Source: the human T2T-CHM13v2.0 reference genome, Homo sapiens. Taken from it: a stretch of 64,000 nucleotides of DNA. Each line of letters opens with the position of its first letter. The stretch's first letter is position 1. Position numbers and translations under genes: made by a program. The stretch lies in assembly GCF_009914755.1 (NCBI RefSeq), contig NC_060931.1; one strand, 5' to 3'. Of this stretch, positions 56,791-64,000 are shown one piece after another. The notes under the pieces were generated by a model. That model saw only the letters and a program-made list of their open reading frames with translations. It did no database searches and was not told the origin of the DNA.

Positions 56791-58709
56791 GGTAGTGTAC
56801 ATCTTTCAGGGAATCATTTCATCTAAATTGTCAATTATTGGCATACAATTATTAAAAATTTTCATTTTAATGCTTTGCCTATATATAGAATCTGTGATAA
56901 CATCATCTTTCTCATTTTTTTAATTGGTAATTAGTGTCTTCTCTCTTTTTTTGTTGATCATAGTTTGTCCTATTGATCTCAAAATAATGGCTTTTGGTTT
57001 CATTAATTTTTAAAATCATTTTTCTGTTTTCTTTTTTGTTGTTGTTGTCTGCTCTGATCTTTGCAATTTCTTATAATTTCTTTGGAATTAATTTGCTTTT
57101 TTAGTTTCTTAAGGTAGAAACTGAGATCATTGATTTGAAGTATTTCTTCTTTTCTAATATAGGCATTTGCTGCTTTATATTACTATTTAAATACTGCTTT
57201 AACAGTGTCCCAAGGGCCTGCATATGTTGAGTTTCAATTTTTATTTATTTACTTTTAAAAAATCGGTAAGTTTAAAACATTTTCCAAATATCTGGGATCG
57301 TTTAGATATCTCTGTTACTGATTTCTAATTAAATTCCACTGGGGTCAGAGAACATACTTTGTACAATTTAATTTTTTAAAATACCAGTGAGTCTTATTTG
57401 TGGTCCAGAAAATGGTTCATTTTATTAAACATTCTGTGTGCAATTGGAAAGATTGCATATTCCGCTTCTGTTGAGTGTGCTATACACCTCAATTAGGTCA
57501 AGCTGGTTAATAGTATTGTTCTTTATGTCCTTTCTGATTTGTATTCTATTTTTTTGAGAAGGTGGTGTTGAAATCTCCAACTATAATTGTAGATTTCTCT
57601 ATTTCTCCTTGCAATTGTATCAGATTTTACCTATTTTGAAAATCTGTTATTAGGTGCATAAGTATTTGCAAGTATTATCTTCTCTCAATGTATTGATTCT
57701 TTTTTTGAAATTATGAAATGACACTTTATCCCTTTTAATAATTACAGACATTACTTGTCTGATGTTAATATAGTCATTCAAGCTTTCTTTTGTTATGGTT
57801 AACATGATATATCCTTTTCCATCCTATGACTTTTACCGTATTTATGTTCGTATACTTAATGTGTAATTCTTTTAGGCAGCACGTCATTCATGTGTTTACA
57901 TAGTTTATAGATTTTAATGTAATCTGACAACATCTACTTCTCTATCTGTGTATTTAGATTGACATTTAACATGAATGTTAACATGATGATTTCAAATCTA
58001 ATGTCTTGCTTTTTGTTTCCTATTTGTGTCATCTGTTCTTTATTACCTTTGTTTTCCTTTCCTGACTCTTTCAGCATCAGTAAATTTTTAATAGTTTCAT
58101 GTTATCTCCATTAGTGTCTTATAAACTAAATTTCTTTGTTATGTTATTAGCTACTTTTATTGTCTGTAGTATACGTCTTCAAATTGTCGGAGTCTACTTT
58201 TGTGTGATAATTATACCACTTCACATATAGTGTATAAACTTTATAATAGAATACTTCAATTTTCTGCTTTGTCCTGTTGTCATACAGTCTAATTGTTATA
58301 ACCGTCTCCCTGTCATAACTGAAAAGTTCATTGTTGCTATTTTTACTTAAAGCAGTCAAATGTCTTTTAAAGCTGTATAAACATTAAGAAAAAGTATTAA
58401 AAAATAAATTTATACATGCAGGTACCATTTCCAGTGTCCTTTGTTTTTGTATAGATACATATGTGCAGATAGCATTATTTCCCATTACCTTCAGATATTC
58501 CTTTACTCCTTATAGTGTAAGGCTGATGCTGATGAATCCTTTTGCCATTTTTTACATCTGAATAATTTTTATTTTGCCTTCATCCTTGAAAGCTATTTTT
58601 TTCTGGTCATACAGTTATAGGTTAAAGGGTTTTCTTTTTTTGTCCTCTCTGTATGCCACTGTGTTCTGCCTGCCATGGCTTGCAATGAGAAGCATTCTTT
58701 CATTCGTAA

Positions 58710-59011
58710 TTTTTTTTTTTTTTTTCTGGAGACAAAGTCTCGCTCTGTTGCCCAGACTGGAGTGCAGTGGTGCAATCTCGGCTCACTGCAACCTCCGCCT
58801 CCCGGGGTTCAAGCGATTCTCCTGCCTCAGCCTCCCAAGTTGCTGGGATTACAGGTGCTCACCACCATGCCCAGCTAATTTTTGTATTTTTAGTACAGAC
58901 AGAGTTTCTCCATGTTGGCCAGCCTGGTCTTGAACTCCTGACCTCAGGTAATCTGCCCACCTCAGCCTCCCAAAGTGCTGGGATTACAGGTGTGAGCCAC
59001 CACGCCCGGCC
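58710..59011 (-). mobile_element. AluSx-like
   Basis: Full dimer, CTGACCTCAGGT. Confidence 0.95.
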
Positions 59012-59594
59012 AAACTCTCTCTCTCTCTTTTTTTCTTAAATGGCTATATGATTTTTCTCTTTATCACCAATTTTAAGTAATTGGTTATACTGTATCTTGG
59101 TTTATTTTTCTTCTTTTTCTTTTCTTATTGTGGTTCTGAAAGTTTATGGCACTTTTCTGGTCTGAAGACTTAGAGTATTTATCACATCGGAAAAAGAATT
59201 GGCCATTATTCTCTTAAATATTTTTCTGTCCTCACTCTCTTTCCTCTCTTTGGAGGATTCTAATTAAATGTATACTAAACCCATAGATTTTTCCCAGTGA
59301 TCACTGAAACTGTGTTTTGTTTTTCTTTTCCCCTATCTGTTTCGAGTTTTCTATCATTATGTCTTCAAGTTTACTGACTCATCTGTTTTCTAACCCATCC
59401 ATGCATTTGTCATCTCAGACGCTGCAGTTTTAATCTCTGAGTGGTCTTTCTATATCTTATTTGTTTCTACTTTTAACCCTTAATATTTTTTCCAGCTTCT
59501 TGAACATATAAATTACACTAATTTCAGTTTCATTCATTTTTTCTACTGATTCTATGATCTCTTCTAGGGTTGTTTTTGATCGGTTGAATTTTTC

Positions 59595-59625
<31 letters not shown>

Positions 59626-60329
59626 GCTTTTTTTGGATTCCTGGTAAATTTTTATTGGGTGCCATTGTGGCCCATTGTGGCCTTTACATTGTTGGGTTCT
59701 GTCTTTCCCTGCACCCTTCCTCCCGCTCTTTCAAATACTTTTCAAGTCTGGTCTAGCTTGTAGTAAAGTTCTTTAAAACAGGTTGTTACTTTTTTGCTTG
59801 CTTTTAAGCTTTGTTGGGCCATATCAGAGCAGTGTTTGTCTGGGGCTGGATTTCTGCTCTCCTGAGGCAAAAGCCTGCTGAGTATTCTTTTTGGTGTAGC
59901 ATGAATTATTTTATTTTTCTAATATTTCTGTTGTGAACAGAACTATTCCTGGTCTGTGTAATCCCCCAGGGATTGTTTCATTATATTTGTCTTTGGAGAA
60001 CTCTAGCTGCCTTGCCCTCCCCAGAAACCAGCTTCATCCCCTCAACTCAGGAATATCACCAGGTTCTATGTATATTCTCTCTCCTTGTGCCATGGTGTGA
60101 GAGCTCTCTGTAAGCAATACCCTTTTGCTATCCTAGAGCGCATCTCACCCTTTTCTCCATGTCTTGCGTCACTCTTCTTTATTACCTATTGTCCAATGTC
60201 TTGAATGCTGATGTTTTATATAATTTTCCAGTTTTTCAGTTATTTCACGTAGGAAGATAAACCTGGTTCCTATCACTCTGCTTTGGGCTGAAAATGAATT
60301 AACAATGTCTTGGCTTCTTTTCCTTACTT

Positions 60330-62350
60330 AATAAACTTTTTCATTTAGATGCAGTTTTAGGTTTAAAGAAAAATTTAACAGAAAGTACCAAGAATTTCCC
60401 CATATTCTATTCTTCTCATCACCACCTTTTACACACAGTTTTCCATTATTAACATCTTGCATTAGTGTGGCAAATTTGTTACCATTAAAGAACCAATATT
60501 GTTACATTATTAGGTACTGAAGTCCATAGTTTACATGAGGGTGTATTCTTGTCTTCTACAGTTCTATGGGTTTCACAAATCCATAATGTCATGAATCCAC
60601 CATTATAGTATCAAACAGAATCATTTCACTTCCTACAAATCTCCTGTGCTTTGCCTATTCATCCTTACTTCCTCTCCTCAGCCACTGGTAACCACTGACC
60701 TTTTTTACTGTCTCCACAGTTTTGCCTTTTCTAGAATGTCATAAAGTTGGAATTATACAGTATGTATAATTTTCAGATTGACTTCTTTCACTTAGTAGTA
60801 TGTATTTAAGATCCCTCCATGTCTTTTCATGGCTGATCACTCCTTTTAATTCTATCACTGATAATATTCCATTGTCTGGATGCACTACAGTTTGTTTATA
60901 CATTCACCTAATAAAGGCCATCTTGGTTACTTCCAAGTTCTGGCACTACGTATAATTGCAAAAATTTGGAAGCAACCAAGAACAGTTTTTCGTATGCTTA
61001 TTTGCCATCTGTATATTTTCTTTGGAGGGGTGTCTGTTTAGATCTTTTGGCCATTTTCAAATTGGCTTGTTTGATTAGTTATTATTGGGTTTTAAGACTT
61101 TTTGTATGTTTTGGATATACCATTATTAGACATGTTTTGCCAACATTTTCTCCCAGTCTCTGGCTTGTATTTCCATTCTCTTAATAGTGTCTTTCACAGA
61201 CTAGGTTATAACGTTTATGAAATACAACTTACCAATTTTGTCTTTCATGAATTGTGCATTTGGTGTTATATTTAAGAAAAATCATTGCCAAACCCAAGGT
61301 CATCTGGATTTCTTTCTTTTTTTTTTTTTTTTTTTTTTTTTTTTGAGACAAGAGTCTCGCTGTGTCACCCAGGCTGGAGTGCAATGGCGCGATCTCAGCT
61401 CACTGCAAGCTCCGCCTCCCGGGTTACGCCATTCTCCTGCCTCAGCCTCCCAAGTAGCTGGGACTACAGGTGCCCGCCACCTCACCCGGCTAATTTTTTG
61501 TATTTTTAGTAGAGACGGGGTTTCACTGTGTTAGCCAGGGTGGTCTCGATCTCCTGACCTCATGATCCGCCTGCCTCAGCCTCCCAAAGTGCTGGGATTA
61601 TAGGTGTGAGCCACCGCGTCCGTCCTAGATTTTCTTCTAAATTATCTTTTATGAGTGTTAAATTCTTGCATTTTACTTTCAGTTTCAAAATCCATTTTGA
61701 GTTAATTTTTGTGAAAGGTCTAAGGTCTGTGTCTAGATTCATATTTTAGTATGTGGATGTTCATTTGTTCCAGGTACCTTTTGCTGTAAAAATTACCTTT
61801 ACTCCATTACATTGCCTTTGCTCTTTTGTCAAAGATCAGTTGATTATATTTGTGTGGATCTATTTCTGGGCTCTCTATTCTGTCCCATTGATCTATTTGT
61901 CTATTCTTTTGCTAACACCACACTTTGAGTTTTGTAGCTTTGCAGTAAATCTTGAATTCATGTAGTTTCAGCTTTTGACTTTGTTCTTCTCTTACATATG
62001 TGTATTGGCTATTCTTGGTCTTTTGGGTCTCCACATAAGCTTTAGAATGTTTGTCGATATCCACAAAATAACTTGCTGGAATTTTAGATAGGGGTTGCCA
62101 TGAATCTACAAAGTTGGGAAAAACTAACACCTTGACAATATTGAGTCTTCCTATTTATGAACATGAAGTAGCTCTCCATTTACTTAATTCTCTTTGGTTT
62201 CCATCTCCAAAGATTGGTAGTTTTTCTCATATATCTTATACATATTTTGTTAGATTTACATCTAAGTGGGGTTTTTGTTTTTGTGATAACATAAATGGAG
62301 TTGTATTTTAAATTTCAAATTCGAATTGTTCATTGCTGGCATGTTAGAAA
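60330..62350 (-). mobile_element. L1MC-type 3' fragment (contains AluY and a fold-back junction)
   Basis: GCAGTTTTAGGTTT, CTGAAGTCCATAGTTTACAT, TTTGTCAAAGATCAGTTG. Confidence 0.85.
61309..61625 (-). mobile_element. AluY
   Basis: GCAAGCTCCGCCTCCCGGGTTACGCCATTC, TGTTAGCCAGG; TSD TGGATTTCTTTCT / TAGATTTTCTTCT. Confidence 0.95.
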
Positions 62351-62359
62351 AGAATTGAC

Positions 62360-63790
62360 TTTTTTATGTGTATAAATTTATGGGGGTACAAGTGTAATTT
62401 TGTTACACACACAGGTTGTATAGTGGTGAAATCAGGGCTATTAGTGTAACTATCATCTGAATAATATACAATGTATCCAGTAAGTACTTTCTCGTACTTT
62501 CCTCCCCTCCCACTCTCCTAACTTTTTGTGTCTCCATTGTCTATCATTCCAGGCTCTATGTCCATGTGTACAATTATTTAGTCCCCACTTATAAGTGAGA
62601 ATATGCACTATTTGTCTTTTTGTGTCTGACTTGTTAGACTTAAGATAATGGCCTCCAATTCCATCCATGTTGCTACAAAAGACATAATTTCATGCTTTTT
62701 ATGGCTGAATAGTATTCCATTGTCTGTATATACCACATTTTCTTTATCCAGTCTTCTGTTGATGGACACTTAGATTGATTCCATATTTTTGCTACTGTGA
62801 ATAAAGCTGTGATAAATACACAAATTCAGGTATTTTTTAAAAAATATAATAGTTTCTTTTCCTTTGGATATATACCCAGTAGTGAGATTGCTGGATCAAA
62901 TGGTAGTTCTATTTTTAGTTCTTTGAGAAGTCTCTACACTGTATTCCATAGAAGTTGTACTAATATACATCCCCACCAATTGTGTATAAGTGTTCCCTTT
63001 TCTCTACATCTTCATCAGCATATTTTTTGACTTTTTAATGAGCCATTCTTACTAGAGTAAGATGATAGCTCATTGTTTTAATTTGTGTTTCTCTAATAAG
63101 TAGCGATGTTGAGCATTTTCTTCATATGCCTGTTATCCGTTTTTATGCCTTCTTTTGAAAAATGCCTGTTCATGTCTTTTGTTGTTGCTGATGTTTTTGT
63201 TCTTACCTTGTTCCTCCAACTTTTAATATAATCACTTGTAAGTTATATTAGCTTTTTTTGATTCCACTAGATTTTTTATATAGAAAATCATGTCATCTGC
63301 AAATAAATACAATTTTCTTTTTTACCTTTCAGTAAGGAATAATTTTTATTTATATCTTGACTCATTTGCCTGATTAGACCCCTAGCACAGTTGCATAGAA
63401 ATGGCTAAAGAGGACTTGTTTTTTTTTTTCTGACCTTAGAAAAAATGTATTCAGCATTTCATTACTATTATATTTGTTGTATAATTTCTGTAGATATTCA
63501 TTTTCAAGTTGAGGAAGATTTATTCTAGTCTTAGCTTTCTGAGAGTTTTTTGTTGTTTAGTTAGAAGTGGGTGCTGTCTATCAAAAGGTCTTTTTGTATT
63601 TATCGAGATTTTTTTTTTATCTTGTTAGTATAGAAAATTACATTGGTTGATTTTTTAAAATGTTAACAATGTCTCACATTCCTGAGATAGACTCCAGTTA
63701 CTTGTAACATATTATCATTTCTATATTATTAGGTTCCATTTGTTCATGTTTGCTTAAGAATATTTGCATCTAAGTCCAAAAGAGATTTTG
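62360..63790 (-). mobile_element. L1MA 3' end followed by older L1M
   Basis: TATAAATTTATGGGGGTACAAGTG, CCCACTTATAAGTGAGAAT, GTTGAGGAAG. Confidence 0.85.
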
Positions 63791-64000
63791 GTCACTCTCA
63801 AGCTTGAGCACCTTGAGGTTTCCTTGTGTTTGTCCCCAGGCTAATCAGTTATCTCAGTTACATGTGACAGAACCCCAAATCTAACAAGCTTAGTTAAAAA
63901 GGGGATATATTTTCTCATATGAAGGGCAGGGATACATCACAGAGAAAACTAGAATCAGAGACATGAACCCCTTAGAATTTTTCCCAACCCTCCTCTCTGT

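Larger units (their letters stand above)
55440..60300 (-). mobile_element. Old L1M (MB/ME) fragments
   Basis: GTGAAACCATCACTACAATCAAG, TTATAAATAAAGCTGCTATGAACATTC, TTGAAATCTCCAACTATAATTGT. Confidence 0.85.

Noticed and set aside
56411-56923. 170-aa ORF and the other Alu-derived ORFs (888, 8857, 15745, 16270, 24968, 58574, 61217)
   Set aside because: Typical Alu frame peptides with no coding context

Overview
Primate (very probably human or great-ape) non-coding genomic DNA: AT-rich, CpG-depleted, with no CpG island, no credible protein-coding exon and no RNA gene that I can recognise. Roughly half the window is interspersed repeat: about 18 Alu/FRAM insertions (many with visible TSDs); old L2 and MIR fragments; MaLR/ERVL LTRs (MLT1, MLT2, MSTA, THE1B, LTR33-like); a solo HERV-K14 LTR14B; DNA transposons (MER58A, MER5, MER44, ORSL-like, Charlie-type); and a largely continuous minus-strand L1M block from ~55.4 kb to the end. 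All long ORFs in the track are artefacts of Alu or low-complexity sequence. Subfamily names are recalled from consensus sequences, not computed. I do not find a new gene system. The best leads are: (1) two adjacent sense MaLR LTRs (MLT1A, THE1B) that both carry a strengthened GAACG|GT splice donor, with DUX4 and NF-kB motifs in THE1B and strong acceptors downstream, suggesting an LTR-initiated lncRNA; (2) a ~300-bp displaced duplication (43.55/44.98 kb) with asymmetric CpG retention; (3) a fold-back palindrome at a deletion junction inside an L1MC; (4) a miniature twin-primed L1PA; (5) CpG-retaining or kB-rich unique blocks that look like enhancers. I cannot identify the locus from sequence alone.
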